The notes under the pieces are model-generated. The model was not told the DNA's origin. It saw only the letters and a list, made by a program, of their open reading frames with translations, and did no database searches. Made by a program: the position numbers and the translations under genes. Shown here piece by piece: positions 15,458 through 25,350 of a stretch of DNA of 38,283 nucleotides. The number at the start of each line of letters is the position of its first letter. The first letter of the stretch is position 1. Source of the DNA: a virus; the UHGV virus genome UHGV-1369770; one strand, 5' to 3'.

Positions 15458-17739
15458 ATCCCTCCTCTATGATATTTTCTTCTATTCTTGTTAGGCTTGT
15501 TTATTTTTTTTTCTAATTGTTCAATTTTTTCAATAAGCTGTTTATTAGTTAAACTGTTAAGCATCACTTGTTTATTCATATCTAAACTTAAATAGTGGTC
15601 TTCATTATGTTTAACACTTAAAAATGGTGAATATTGAGCAATTAGCCCAAGTTCTCTTTTATTAGAAGGCTGTTCTATTGGATTATTACTTTTATAGTTT
15701 TGCTTTCTATCAAATTCCACAAAGTTTAACTTTTTGGTTTCTTTGATACCATCAATCTTCGTATCTGTTATATTCTCCTTTAGCCGAACATCTGATTGAT
15801 TTAGAATTGAAAAACCATTCATGTTTAAATTAGAGTAAAATCCTAAGTTAACATTGTTATTCACTGTAAATTTTGTACTAACACTAGTATTTACCAATGT
15901 TGAATTTTTTATTTCTCCAGACCCTCCAACATAACTTCCACCCATGTTTAAATTTGATATTTGAACCCCTGCGTCAAAAACTGTAAAGTGTCTCTCAACA
16001 TCGTTCCCTGAGACTTTTTTTGCTCCGACACTTGCTAACACTCCTGGTTCAGAATAAATATGGATTTCTTCTTTGCCTAAAGAAGTAGAAAATGCTCTAC
16101 CCAGACCTCCTAACTTATTTAAAGTACCTTCTTTGTTAAATCGCACACCATCAGAGTTTAGTTGCATCAATTCAATTTCTCTAGAATCATATATTGAAAA
16201 TTTGTTAGCATCCATTGTTGATTTTAAAACATTATTATTGTAGTTCTTGATAGCTCCCTTTGACATTATAATTTTGTTATAGCCACTTTCACTTGTAATG
16301 TCACTACCTGTAATTGTCACACCTATAATGTTAATAGCTCTCAATGTTCCTGTAGCCATCCTGTCTGCAACAATTAGCCCATTATTTGTCATTGCTAACT
16401 CATAGTTACCGTTATATCCAGTTGAGCTAAATCCCATCCCTCCAACATTCCACCGCCAGACTTTTCTAGCAGTATTTATACTTGTCGTATCCATAATTAA
16501 TAGTTCTTGAGGATCTGCAAGCGACGGATATATGAGCACATGACCTTTTCCTGGATTTTTGATAATATCAGATGCTTCTTTTTGCGCTTGTTCAAGCCAA
16601 TCTATTTTGTCTGACAAATCATTAATATTTTCTTTTGAGTCTTCAATTACTTTAGCAAAATCAGTTCTCGCTTCACCTAATTCGATTGACTCATATTGAT
16701 CTAAAGAAATATTCCACACAGTTTTTACAATTTGTGCCGTTGTATTAATGTTTAGTTGATTAAACGCAACCGTTACCCAATCACATAAATCTACAACCTC
16801 AAGGCTTTTAAGTTGTTCATCTGAGACGGAACTCGCTAAGTCTACATAACTAGCTTTTATACTTACACGAGGAATCCCCACATTATTAGACTTAATAAAC
16901 GATTTAACCATGCCGCGTAAAGCTTCAACATCTTTTGGCTCTTTATCACTAAAATCAACCATTTGTATTCTACGTTCCGTATAATTACTGACATAGTCAC
17001 TATCAATATATATTTCTGGTAGAGTGATTACTTTTTCATCATCGCCATTACCGATTTTAGCCCAGCCATATATTGAAGTATACGTATTTTCAATGGATTC
17101 CTCTTGATTAATATCTGTTAAATTTTTACCGTAGGCAATGACTACATTCGTATCGGTACCGGCTTTTGCTAACAAGCGAACTTGATTATTATTAAAAAGA
17201 TATTCCCCACCGAAATTATCTAAAATTGAACCAGCGACACCGCCTAAAACTTCTTGCGCATTTTTATATTTTGCGGGGTCTGTAAAATCAATTGAAGATG
17301 TAGTCCCCACATCACTGTAAAAAGTAAAATCACTTTTAGGCTCCATCTGACTTCTTAATTGATTCAATGCTGTTTGTGCCGAAATATTAGAATATTTGGA
17401 ACCGATTTTTACCATTGTGCGCAACAATTTATAGCGATAATGCTCACAGTAAACAGTGACAATCCCTTTGATTGGTTTTGTAATTTGTGCAATTTCAAAC
17501 CGTTGACTTTTAGCGACCAATGTCGGTCCAGTATCAGCGACTATCCATCTTCCTACTTTCAGCTCATGAAACAAATTCCCTACCACTGGATACTGGAATG
17601 TCATATCATAAATACCATTACGTTCCCTTGTAGAAAGAGGATTTATTGCATCTTGTAAAGGACCTATGCCTAGGGAGTTCCAATTGTTATTTTTCTTATC
17701 ATGTAAAATAATCGTGCTCATACGGCTAAAGTCCTCCAT
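15454..17739 (-). CDS. tail-associated lysin / prophage tail endopeptidase (Tal)
   Basis: 761 aa, immediately downstream of Dit. MSTIILHDKKNNNWNSLGIGPLQDAINPLSTRERNGIYDMTFQYP... resembles the N-terminus of siphovirus Tal proteins. Confidence 0.65.
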   Translation of the reverse strand: MEDFSRMSTIILHDKKNNNWNSLGIGPLQDAINPLSTRERNGIYDMTFQYPVVGNLFHELKVGRWIVADTGPTLVAKSQRFEIAQITKPIKGIVTVYCEHYRYKLLRTMVKIGSKYSNISAQTALNQLRSQMEPKSDFTFYSDVGTTSSIDFTDPAKYKNAQEVLGGVAGSILDNFGGEYLFNNNQVRLLAKAGTDTNVVIAYGKNLTDINQEESIENTYTSIYGWAKIGNGDDEKVITLPEIYIDSDYVSNYTERRIQMVDFSDKEPKDVEALRGMVKSFIKSNNVGIPRVSIKASYVDLASSVSDEQLKSLEVVDLCDWVTVAFNQLNINTTAQIVKTVWNISLDQYESIELGEARTDFAKVIEDSKENINDLSDKIDWLEQAQKEASDIIKNPGKGHVLIYPSLADPQELLIMDTTSINTARKVWRWNVGGMGFSSTGYNGNYELAMTNNGLIVADRMATGTLRAINIIGVTITGSDITSESGYNKIIMSKGAIKNYNNNVLKSTMDANKFSIYDSREIELMQLNSDGVRFNKEGTLNKLGGLGRAFSTSLGKEEIHIYSEPGVLASVGAKKVSGNDVERHFTVFDAGVQISNLNMGGSYVGGSGEIKNSTLVNTSVSTKFTVNNNVNLGFYSNLNMNGFSILNQSDVRLKENITDTKIDGIKETKKLNFVEFDRKQNYKSNNPIEQPSNKRELGLIAQYSPFLSVKHNEDHYLSLDMNKQVMLNSLTNKQLIEKIEQLEKKINKPNKNRRKYHRGGI

Positions 17740-18479
17740 TTTGGCTTAATTTTAAAATCAGTGATATAGGTATAATTGATAATGCTTTCGCCTGGGGGCA
17801 GAGTGATTGGGTTATAACCATCTGTATTTAAAAAGCAATATTTTGTGATATTAAGGCCACCATCTTTATAAGCAATGCCTTCTTCGCAATCTAGCGTAAT
17901 TTTTCCTGTTCCAGCTTCTTTTGCAATCCTGAATTGTTGGCCATTAATATAAATATTACTATCTTGTGTACTACTAGTTTTATTGAAAGTTATAATTGGC
18001 AGACTAGAAAAAGCTTCTGGATTCCTAATACCACCTCCACTTTTTATATCTCTTTCATCATCACCATCAAGACGAAAAACGAACGGCTGGCACTTAAAAA
18101 CAAAATCAACATCTAACCAACTTCTTGTTTTGTCTGCTGCATCTACTTTGCTGTAGCCTAGCGCTTTATAATAGTACTCGCTGTATTCACTAAAAATAAG
18201 TGGGGCATAATCTTTCGATAAATAAAGCCACGCAGCTATATCCCTTAACTGCGCAGCAATGGTTGTATCTGGTTGTTTATAAAGTCTTACCGGAAAGACT
18301 TTCTCAATGTCGTTATATTTTCCTTTATCGTATATGACATCGGAATTTCTTCCGTCAATTTCTGTAAACTGCAGAGCGGCTTCTGGAATAGTAAACGTCA
18401 TTTCGTTTCTTATTCGCATAGCGAATTCATTCGATTTTTTTCCTCTAAATTGAAAATATGGATAATTCGTTAAATCCAT
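17718..18479 (-). CDS. distal tail protein (Dit)
   Basis: 253 aa, directly after TMP. Typical Dit position and size. Overlaps the Tal start. Confidence 0.65.
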   Translation of the reverse strand: MDLTNYPYFQFRGKKSNEFAMRIRNEMTFTIPEAALQFTEIDGRNSDVIYDKGKYNDIEKVFPVRLYKQPDTTIAAQLRDIAAWLYLSKDYAPLIFSEYSEYYYKALGYSKVDAADKTRSWLDVDFVFKCQPFVFRLDGDDERDIKSGGGIRNPEAFSSLPIITFNKTSSTQDSNIYINGQQFRIAKEAGTGKITLDCEEGIAYKDGGLNITKYCFLNTDGYNPITLPPGESIINYTYITDFKIKPKWRTLAV

Positions 18480-21400
18480 TATAGCCGCCCCCTTGTTTGT
18501 CGTTCTGTGAGTGTTGCCAATTGTTGAGAAGTTTCTTCAATTGATTTCTCATTAGAAAGATCTGCATGTTCAATGTTTATATTGATTGTAGGATTGTAGG
18601 TTTTCGCAAAGTTGCTATTATTTACAATTTGGCTACCCAAATTAGCAGCGCCCATCATATTTGTGTTTAATGCTAATTCTGGACTAGTAAAGTTAAAATT
18701 TGAAAAAGCATTGTCAAATGAGAGTTCCTTAGAAATAGAATCTGCCATATTAGAAGTAAGATGTTTAACATTATCAAATCCTGCTATTATTCCCTTTTCT
18801 AAACCAAACATTAGTGCAGAACCATTATCAATTAAAACTTTTTTATCATATGGAATTGGACCTTTTAAACTAGCGATAGTATCTGCGATACCACTAACAA
18901 AGCCTTTAACTTTTTCAAATCCCCATTTTATTCCTTTTAGTAATCCACCCATTAAAGATGTACCTGCATCCCATAGTTCATCTCCAACAATTGCAGAACC
19001 TAAACTATTTACTAATCTTTTTACTGCCTCTCTAGCCTCTTCTTTATTATTATCAATACCCTCTGCTAAACCATTAATTAATCGTATAGCTGCTTTCCAC
19101 ATTCTATCTGAGAAATTAATAATATTCTCAACTAATTTATCGACTAAATCAGCGGCTGCATTTACTAATCGGTATAAATTATTTCCAATTCCTTCTATAC
19201 ATTTCACTACTAAATCCATACCTGCATCAACGATTCGTGATAGATTATTAGAAATACCTTGTAGTACGCTAACGATTAACGTCACTCCGGCATCAATGAT
19301 ATCAGGCATTCTAGAAGATAATCCATTTAAGAAATTAATCATCAAATTAACAGCTGCATCGATAATATCTCCCATTCTATTACCGATTGCATTAACAAAA
19401 TTAACGATAATACTAATTGCTTCATTAGTGACTCTGCCAATATTATTTGCAATTCCACGAAGAAAATTAACCAGCAAATTGAAACCAGCTTGCAAAATAT
19501 CTGGCAAATGTTTATTCAACTCTGAAAGCCACGTGATAATTAATGTAGCCATATTTTGCACTACTTTAGGTAATTGTTCTGTTATACCTTGAAGCAATGC
19601 ATTTATTAAACTAGCTCCAGCTCCTAACAACTTTGGTAATGCTTCAGTAAGTGAACCTAAAAAAGTAGTAATAATCGTCGTTGCTGATTCTATGATAGTC
19701 GGCATAACTAATAAGATACCGTTAGTCAGTGCATTGATTATTTGTACTGCAGATTGAGCAATGATAGGCAACAGCGTGACTATTCCATTAGTAAACGCCA
19801 TTATCAGTTCTCCCGCAGATACTACAATGCTTGGCAATCCTTGTGCGATACCAGAAATAAAACCAGACACTACTTGTAAAGCTCCAGTAATAATACCTGG
19901 TAAAGCATTGGCAATCGCACCTAAAATTCCTTGTAGCGCTGTACCAAAATTTGTACCTAATTGTGGCCCATAAGTTTTGATTCCTTCAGCTAATCCTTTA
20001 AAAGAATTCATAATTGTATCAATACCTTTATTTACATCTCCGCCACCCAGAGCTTTTGCTAGTAATTCAAAAACTTTTATAAAAAGACCAACGGGACCCA
20101 TCATTCCTAGGATAACCATTTTAAGAATTTTTAAACCTACACCAACTATATCAAATGATTTTCCAACTCTCTCAGTTGGGTTTATAAGTTTTTTTAGAGA
20201 ATCTATCACATTTTTTATTGCTTTACCGATTTTCATGATATTTTGCTCACCTTTGACGGTGAATGCTCCTTCAAGAAAATTACTTAATTCGCTCATATTT
20301 TTAATTGAACCAGACATTATTTTTCCGATTGCCTTTATCCCAAGTTTCATATCATTAATTTTTCCAGTAAAATTAATCATTCCTTGCCAAAGACTTTCAG
20401 GAAATAGCTTAATAAATTGAGACCTTAATTCCGCGATTTTCTCTCCTGGACCATTGGTTAGCATTTCAACAAAGCCTTTACTTAAAAGCTTTAATCCTTT
20501 AAATACTTGATCAATGGGTTTCATGAACGATTTTAAAGTCGACACCATTCCATCAACCTTATTCCTAAAAGTATCTGAAGTTTTATAAAAATAGATGAAA
20601 GCTGCGATTAATGCACCAATTCCAGCGATAACTACAGCAAAAGGATTTGCCATCATAGCCACTTTCATTAATGAGAAAGCCGTTTTGACACCATTAATTG
20701 CTGTTTTAACACTGTTCATAATTCCGATAGTTGCTTTGAAAGCAATAAAGCCTGCTATAGCACCAACAATAACAGAACCTAGAAATTTAATTATTTGAGC
20801 ATTTTTACTAATAAGTTCAAACAATTTATCAAAAATAGGAAATTTATCGCCAATTGAGTCTAATAGTTCTGCAAATGCCGCTTTTACATGAGGAATAGAA
20901 GCTTTGACAAAAGTAACAATCGCTCTTGGTAATGCTTTTAATATATTTCCAATCATGGGAATAAAGTTACCGAAAAGAAATGTGGCCGTTGTTTCTGCTA
21001 ACTGATTTAAAGAAGGTTGGATATCTTGTCCAAGAGCCATTTTACCAAGTACATTAGATAAAGAAGCTTTCATAGCTGCGAATGAACCGCTAAGTGTCTC
21101 TGCCGCTTCTTTTGCTGTAGTTCCTGTGATATCAAGATTTTCTTGTATTGCGTGAATGGCATTGTATACATCACTTAGGTTACTAATATCATATTTAACG
21201 CCTGTAAGTTTTTCGGCATCAGAGAGTAGTCGTTGCATCTCTTCTTTTGTACCACCGTAACCTAATTTCAAGTTATCAAGCATTGTATAGTTTTGCTTTG
21301 CAAAACCTTGATAGGCATTTTGAATATCTTGCATATTTGTACCCATTTTGTTGGCGTTGTCAGACATATCAATCATAGCCATATTTGCAACATCTGCTGC

Positions 21401-21799
21401 TTTTTCTGTATCGCCACCAACAGATTGTAGTAAACTAGCGCTAAAACTTGTTACGTTTTCCATATATGCATTCGCTGATAACCCAGATGTTTTATACGCT
21501 TCATCTGCATACTTTTTTACTTTGTCCGCACTACCTTTGAATAATGTTTCAATCCCACCGAGGGATTGTTGTAGATTTGCTCCTTCTGAAATTGCGGTAG
21601 AGAATGCAGTTTTAATTGATGAAATAGCTTTGCCTACAACTGCAGAAGCAACTTTTACTAATCCCATTGAGATAGCTAAATTTTTTATAGAAAAACCAGC
21701 TTTGTCACTACTGCCTTCCAATTGATCTAGCTGGCTGTTAAGCCCAGCTACACTTTTACCATTAACATCAACATCAATTACAACTTGCCCATCAGCCAT
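18479..21799 (-). CDS. tape measure protein
   Basis: 1106 aa with repetitive Gly/Ala/Ile-rich helical repeats (GNIL...NALPGII...). The longest gene in the tail module. Confidence 0.85.
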   Translation of the reverse strand: MADGQVVIDVDVNGKSVAGLNSQLDQLEGSSDKAGFSIKNLAISMGLVKVASAVVGKAISSIKTAFSTAISEGANLQQSLGGIETLFKGSADKVKKYADEAYKTSGLSANAYMENVTSFSASLLQSVGGDTEKAADVANMAMIDMSDNANKMGTNMQDIQNAYQGFAKQNYTMLDNLKLGYGGTKEEMQRLLSDAEKLTGVKYDISNLSDVYNAIHAIQENLDITGTTAKEAAETLSGSFAAMKASLSNVLGKMALGQDIQPSLNQLAETTATFLFGNFIPMIGNILKALPRAIVTFVKASIPHVKAAFAELLDSIGDKFPIFDKLFELISKNAQIIKFLGSVIVGAIAGFIAFKATIGIMNSVKTAINGVKTAFSLMKVAMMANPFAVVIAGIGALIAAFIYFYKTSDTFRNKVDGMVSTLKSFMKPIDQVFKGLKLLSKGFVEMLTNGPGEKIAELRSQFIKLFPESLWQGMINFTGKINDMKLGIKAIGKIMSGSIKNMSELSNFLEGAFTVKGEQNIMKIGKAIKNVIDSLKKLINPTERVGKSFDIVGVGLKILKMVILGMMGPVGLFIKVFELLAKALGGGDVNKGIDTIMNSFKGLAEGIKTYGPQLGTNFGTALQGILGAIANALPGIITGALQVVSGFISGIAQGLPSIVVSAGELIMAFTNGIVTLLPIIAQSAVQIINALTNGILLVMPTIIESATTIITTFLGSLTEALPKLLGAGASLINALLQGITEQLPKVVQNMATLIITWLSELNKHLPDILQAGFNLLVNFLRGIANNIGRVTNEAISIIVNFVNAIGNRMGDIIDAAVNLMINFLNGLSSRMPDIIDAGVTLIVSVLQGISNNLSRIVDAGMDLVVKCIEGIGNNLYRLVNAAADLVDKLVENIINFSDRMWKAAIRLINGLAEGIDNNKEEAREAVKRLVNSLGSAIVGDELWDAGTSLMGGLLKGIKWGFEKVKGFVSGIADTIASLKGPIPYDKKVLIDNGSALMFGLEKGIIAGFDNVKHLTSNMADSISKELSFDNAFSNFNFTSPELALNTNMMGAANLGSQIVNNSNFAKTYNPTININIEHADLSNEKSIEETSQQLATLTERQTRGRL

Positions 21800-22373
21800 C
21801 TTCTTCCTCCTCTCCTAAGTCAGTATTAGGTAAGGCATATTTCCTTTTTAACTCTCGCATTCGACGTTTTTCTTTACTTGATTCCCCTTTTTGAGGTTCC
21901 CAATTCCTAATCTGAATAATCCTCTGCATAATACAATTATCTGGTAGACTCTCTAAAAGTGCTTGAAACTCTTCCCAACTCATTTTTCCTTGTTCTTCGA
22001 AAAGATTAATACCAATTTGACGAAAAGAAGCATAGATATACTTGGCATCATAAACCAAATCTATATCTTTACTATTTATTTTAGTTGGTAATTCATTGCC
22101 TAATTCATCAGTTTCAACTTCGGAATGTTGACCTAAAAGCAGGTATTCATCATAAACGTATTTAAACATTTCAAATTTTTGTAGTATATCTAAATCAACT
22201 TCCCCAACTAAGATTAGAATCGAAAGTTCAATCTTATCTTCTAATATCAAACTCTCATCTTGTATTATTTCAAAAACATCAAGGACATGATCAAACGCTA
22301 AGTTTATTGGAAATTCTTTGCCCAAAAACGAAAAGGATGTAGTCAGCGGATTATTCAACCGCATAATACTCAT
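21792..22373 (-). CDS. tail assembly chaperone, downstream (gpT-like) ORF
   Basis: Position between the G-like chaperone and TMP. The start overlaps the upstream stop (ATGA). Confidence 0.5.
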   Translation of the reverse strand: MSIMRLNNPLTTSFSFLGKEFPINLAFDHVLDVFEIIQDESLILEDKIELSILILVGEVDLDILQKFEMFKYVYDEYLLLGQHSEVETDELGNELPTKINSKDIDLVYDAKYIYASFRQIGINLFEEQGKMSWEEFQALLESLPDNCIMQRIIQIRNWEPQKGESSKEKRRMRELKRKYALPNTDLGEEEEDG

Positions 22374-22789
22374 CCTTTCTTTTTGCTAACTTTTTTTAGA
22401 TATTCTTGTTTTAATTTTTTTGATTTTTTACCACGCTCATCTAATAATTCAGTCTGTTTCTTAGTGTATTCTTCAATAGATTCACTAATACCTACTGATA
22501 AATCGTAAAAGGCGTTTAGCCATGCGATTATGTCTGGGATGTCTTTATACAAAATTGCAAACGTACCTTCACCAAGTACGGAATCATACCCTTTTGTCAA
22601 CACAGAAATATATAATTCATCACTCATTTCCTCAGAATTTTCATCTAAGTCTTTCAGTTCTTGTACGACTTTATCGTACGTTTCTTCATATTCTTTTATA
22701 TGCTCTAATGAACAATCAAAGAAAAATTCGTGCCCAGCAATTTTCACTGGAAAACCAGTACGCTCTACTTTAATCTCTAATGCTTTCAT
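22370..22789 (-). CDS. tail assembly chaperone (gpG-like)
   Basis: 139 aa acidic protein between the major tail/Ig gene and TMP. Confidence 0.55.
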   Translation of the reverse strand: MKALEIKVERTGFPVKIAGHEFFFDCSLEHIKEYEETYDKVVQELKDLDENSEEMSDELYISVLTKGYDSVLGEGTFAILYKDIPDIIAWLNAFYDLSVGISESIEEYTKKQTELLDERGKKSKKLKQEYLKKVSKKKG

Positions 22790-22841
22790 TTAATTACCTC
22801 CATAAATAAGGACAGCCAAATAGCTGCCCTTATTTTCGTAT

Positions 22842-23294
22842 TTATGCTTGATTATTAAGTGTTAAGGTATGTTGTGCTGTTTTCTTACCATCCTCTGTTT
22901 CGCCTTCGGTAACATAAGTACCAACTGGTACCGTTTCTGTCCAAGTAATATTACCTGTTTCAGAGACAGCAAGGCCTTCTGTTACAGGCGTAATAGAATA
23001 GTTTACTTTTTTATTTGTAGCATTTTCAGGCAAAACAGTTGCTGTGATTTGTCGGCTACCTGCAGTACCCGCATTTGCTGTGGACGTTTTAGGAGAAAAC
23101 TCTAAGCCTGTTACAGCAATTGGCGATGTTTTAAATGACGGTACATCTACTTTTTCGCCGCCGTCTGCAAAACCTACTTTGTATGTTCCTGATGGAACGT
23201 CGGTGTTTGGCTCAATACCTGTAATTTCTAGAGGGCTTGGACTAGCCGGAACAATGACTTCCTCACCTTTATAAACAATATACTCTCTAGCCAT
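22842..23294 (-). CDS. Ig-like (Big_2-type) domain protein
   Basis: SRQITATVLPENATNKKVNYSITPVTEGLAVSETGNITWTETVPVGTYVTEGET matches the Big_2 fold pattern. AAAGGAG SD. Confidence 0.6.
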   Translation of the reverse strand: MAREYIVYKGEEVIVPASPSPLEITGIEPNTDVPSGTYKVGFADGGEKVDVPSFKTSPIAVTGLEFSPKTSTANAGTAGSRQITATVLPENATNKKVNYSITPVTEGLAVSETGNITWTETVPVGTYVTEGETEDGKKTAQHTLTLNNQA

Positions 23295-23296
23295 TC

Positions 23297-23377
23297 TTAT
23301 TCTCCTTTCTCCATTTCAATGATTACCCCAGTTTTAGTCGGAGTCATTTTACCGATTACTGGGGTTATACTTTTGGG
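23297..23377 (-). other. candidate -1 programmed ribosomal frameshift cassette at the 3' end of the major tail gene (slippery C CCA AAA, 6-nt spacer, hairpin; 24-codon -1 extension)
   Basis: mRNA: ...ATC ACC CCA AAA GTA TAA CCCCAGU[25 nt]ACUGGGG... The -1 frame reads SITPVIGKMTPTKTGVIIEMEKGE and stops 2 nt before the next ATG. Confidence 0.55.
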
Positions 23378-23844
23378 GTGATATTAGGTAAGGTATCAAA
23401 GGTAATCGTGCAGCTGAAATCTTCATACTCTGTCGCATCTCCTGCACCAGCGACAATATCTGTTACTGTTGCACGCCCTACATAAGTATCGCCATTCGTC
23501 ATAATAATTTTATGCCAAATCTTACGATTTTCTCCAATTTTGTATTTTTTACTTGCAATTAATTTTTGTGCGGGATCTTCTGGGTCATAAAATCCTTCAG
23601 GACTATAAGCACCAGAAACAGAAGTCACTGTAGTTTCTGGTGTACCATCGCCATCATAGAAACCTGCATCGTCCGTTTCTTCATCGGTATCATCGCCAAT
23701 TGAACTAATGTACTTGGCAAGACGTTTCCACTCTAACTCGGTAGTTGGTGCTGTTTCTTTCCCAGGTACATACTCAGCAATAAAATGCTGCCGTTTTGCA
23801 TTTTTGTTCCGTGCAAACAATTGAATATTCATTTTTAATAACAT
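23365..23844 (-). CDS. major tail protein (zero-frame product)
   Basis: 159 aa at the canonical position upstream of the chaperones. It ends ...NITPKV. Confidence 0.7.
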   Translation of the reverse strand: MLLKMNIQLFARNKNAKRQHFIAEYVPGKETAPTTELEWKRLAKYISSIGDDTDEETDDAGFYDGDGTPETTVTSVSGAYSPEGFYDPEDPAQKLIASKKYKIGENRKIWHKIIMTNGDTYVGRATVTDIVAGAGDATEYEDFSCTITFDTLPNITPKV

Positions 23845-24242
23845 TAATTTTCCTCCTTAAATGTGGTTAATTTTGCTTGAAAATCTAATAAAAAAACGAA
23901 CCAACCTTGTTCATCAGCTTCATTAATGAACGGTTTGCTCGTTATCATTAAATTATTACACTCAAAAGAGCCATCTTTACTTGATAATTCTTCAATACTT
24001 TCTAATACATCTGAAAGAAGCCACAACGTATGCTCTAACTTATTACCGTCTTTTGATTTCATGGCAATTTCATAGTTTAACAACTCGTCTTTGATTCCGT
24101 CATAATATTCGGTTTCTACCTTACCGCCCGGTAATGAGTAAATCACTAAACTTTCTAGTGCTGAAAGGTATCCTTTCCGGATATTTAACGGCAAATTTGG
24201 AATCTGATTTATCCTTTCGTTTAAACAATCAAGAAAATCCAT
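23844..24242 (-). CDS. tail completion / tail terminator-like protein
   Basis: 132 aa; position between the head-tail joining genes and the major tail gene. Confidence 0.45.
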   Translation of the reverse strand: MDFLDCLNERINQIPNLPLNIRKGYLSALESLVIYSLPGGKVETEYYDGIKDELLNYEIAMKSKDGNKLEHTLWLLSDVLESIEELSSKDGSFECNNLMITSKPFINEADEQGWFVFLLDFQAKLTTFKEEN

Positions 24243-24568
24243 TATTTAATACCCGCTCCTTTCAAAAAGGCACGTTCCCACGAATTCATATAAGCACCTT
24301 TTGCTTTTAAATCCCACCGTGGTCCAGTCCCAGGCGTAGTATATTTTTTTCCATTTAGATAAAATTGGCGTTTCGCATATTTTGTACCATAAATAATCTT
24401 TTCACCTTCACTTGATAAATGAGCGCTTTGCCTTAAACTATTATTTTTTCGTGGTACAAATTGATTCATATCTGCCATCGCTTGATTACCAAGCGCATAT
24501 CTGCCTCGTCTCATTGCCTCAGGGCTTACTTTGGTTCTTACACCGCTTAAATTCACCTTAATCCCCAT
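24242..24568 (-). CDS. head-tail joining protein (HK97 gp10-like position)
   Basis: 108 aa in the connector block. Confidence 0.45.
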   Translation of the reverse strand: MGIKVNLSGVRTKVSPEAMRRGRYALGNQAMADMNQFVPRKNNSLRQSAHLSSEGEKIIYGTKYAKRQFYLNGKKYTTPGTGPRWDLKAKGAYMNSWERAFLKGAGIK

Positions 24569-24909
24569 CAGACTACCTCAATCTCATACGAGTAGACATC
24601 ATTCGAATAGGCTTCAATTACGGTATCAACTTTAGTGATTACGTGTTCTTTGTCATCGTAAATAACTACTGATTGTTCTTTGAACTCAGGCAAAGGCGTA
24701 GTCAATTCGTGATAACAGAAAATCAATCCGTTATAAAGCAATTGTTTGCCACTTGATGAAAAAGTATATTGGCTTCCTCTGTCAATTCGGCAATACTCAA
24801 TAAGGATCGGTTCCTTGTATACTGGCTTGTTCCAATCGCCCTCCCCTAAGTACTCTTTATACTCAAAGGAATCAACTAAGAATTTTTTGGGTGGCTTTGG
24901 CATTAGCAT
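24568..24909 (-). CDS. head closure / head-tail adaptor protein
   Basis: 113 aa in the connector block. Confidence 0.45.
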   Translation of the reverse strand: MLMPKPPKKFLVDSFEYKEYLGEGDWNKPVYKEPILIEYCRIDRGSQYTFSSSGKQLLYNGLIFCYHELTTPLPEFKEQSVVIYDDKEHVITKVDTVIEAYSNDVYSYEIEVV

Positions 24910-25307
24910 GACGAAACACCTCGATATAACAAACCTGTACCTTCCAGATACAAATAAACGTCTTCGGCAGTTAACGACTTACTTTCGTTATTTCCAGAAG
25001 GATTGTAGCGACTGGCATTAGAAATACTCGTACGGCCTGCTGAAAAGCTTTGAGGGGCATTGTTGATACTTTCATACGTATCCGCACCAACATCGACAAA
25101 ATACATTATTTGTGCACACAGAGCGAGTTTAAACTGTTTCACTCTAAATTGCCTAGAATCTTTCATTATATCATTGAACTGATAAAAGTAATTCGTTACG
25201 TTATCAATCGCTGCGGCGGCTTTTACTAAATATTTTTCAAAGTTATCTTTATATTCATCTGTGGCGCCTGTAAGCTCTTTAAACTCTTCAAAATCAATAT
25301 AGGACAT
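24903..25307 (-). CDS. head-tail connector (gp6/gp15-like DNA packaging) protein
   Basis: 134 aa, first gene after the capsid gene. AGGAGG SD. Confidence 0.55.
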   Translation of the reverse strand: MSYIDFEEFKELTGATDEYKDNFEKYLVKAAAAIDNVTNYFYQFNDIMKDSRQFRVKQFKLALCAQIMYFVDVGADTYESINNAPQSFSAGRTSISNASRYNPSGNNESKSLTAEDVYLYLEGTGLLYRGVSSC

Positions 25308-25321
25308 CTTAGATTCCTCCT

Positions 25322-25350
25322 AAAAAAAGAAGGAGACTAAGCTCCTTCTT
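25322..25350 (-). terminator. rho-independent terminator after the major capsid gene (attenuator)
   Basis: Minus strand: AAGAAGGAG CUUAGU CUCCUUCUU followed by UUUUUUU. Immediately before the connector gene SD. Confidence 0.65.

Noticed and set aside
18612-21725. Several plus-strand ORFs (326, 147, 125, 70 and 67 aa) inside the tape-measure gene
   Set aside because: They lie antisense to a long, compositionally biased gene and translate to low-complexity Pro/Ile/Ala-rich sequence. No SD or promoter context. Typical antisense artefacts.
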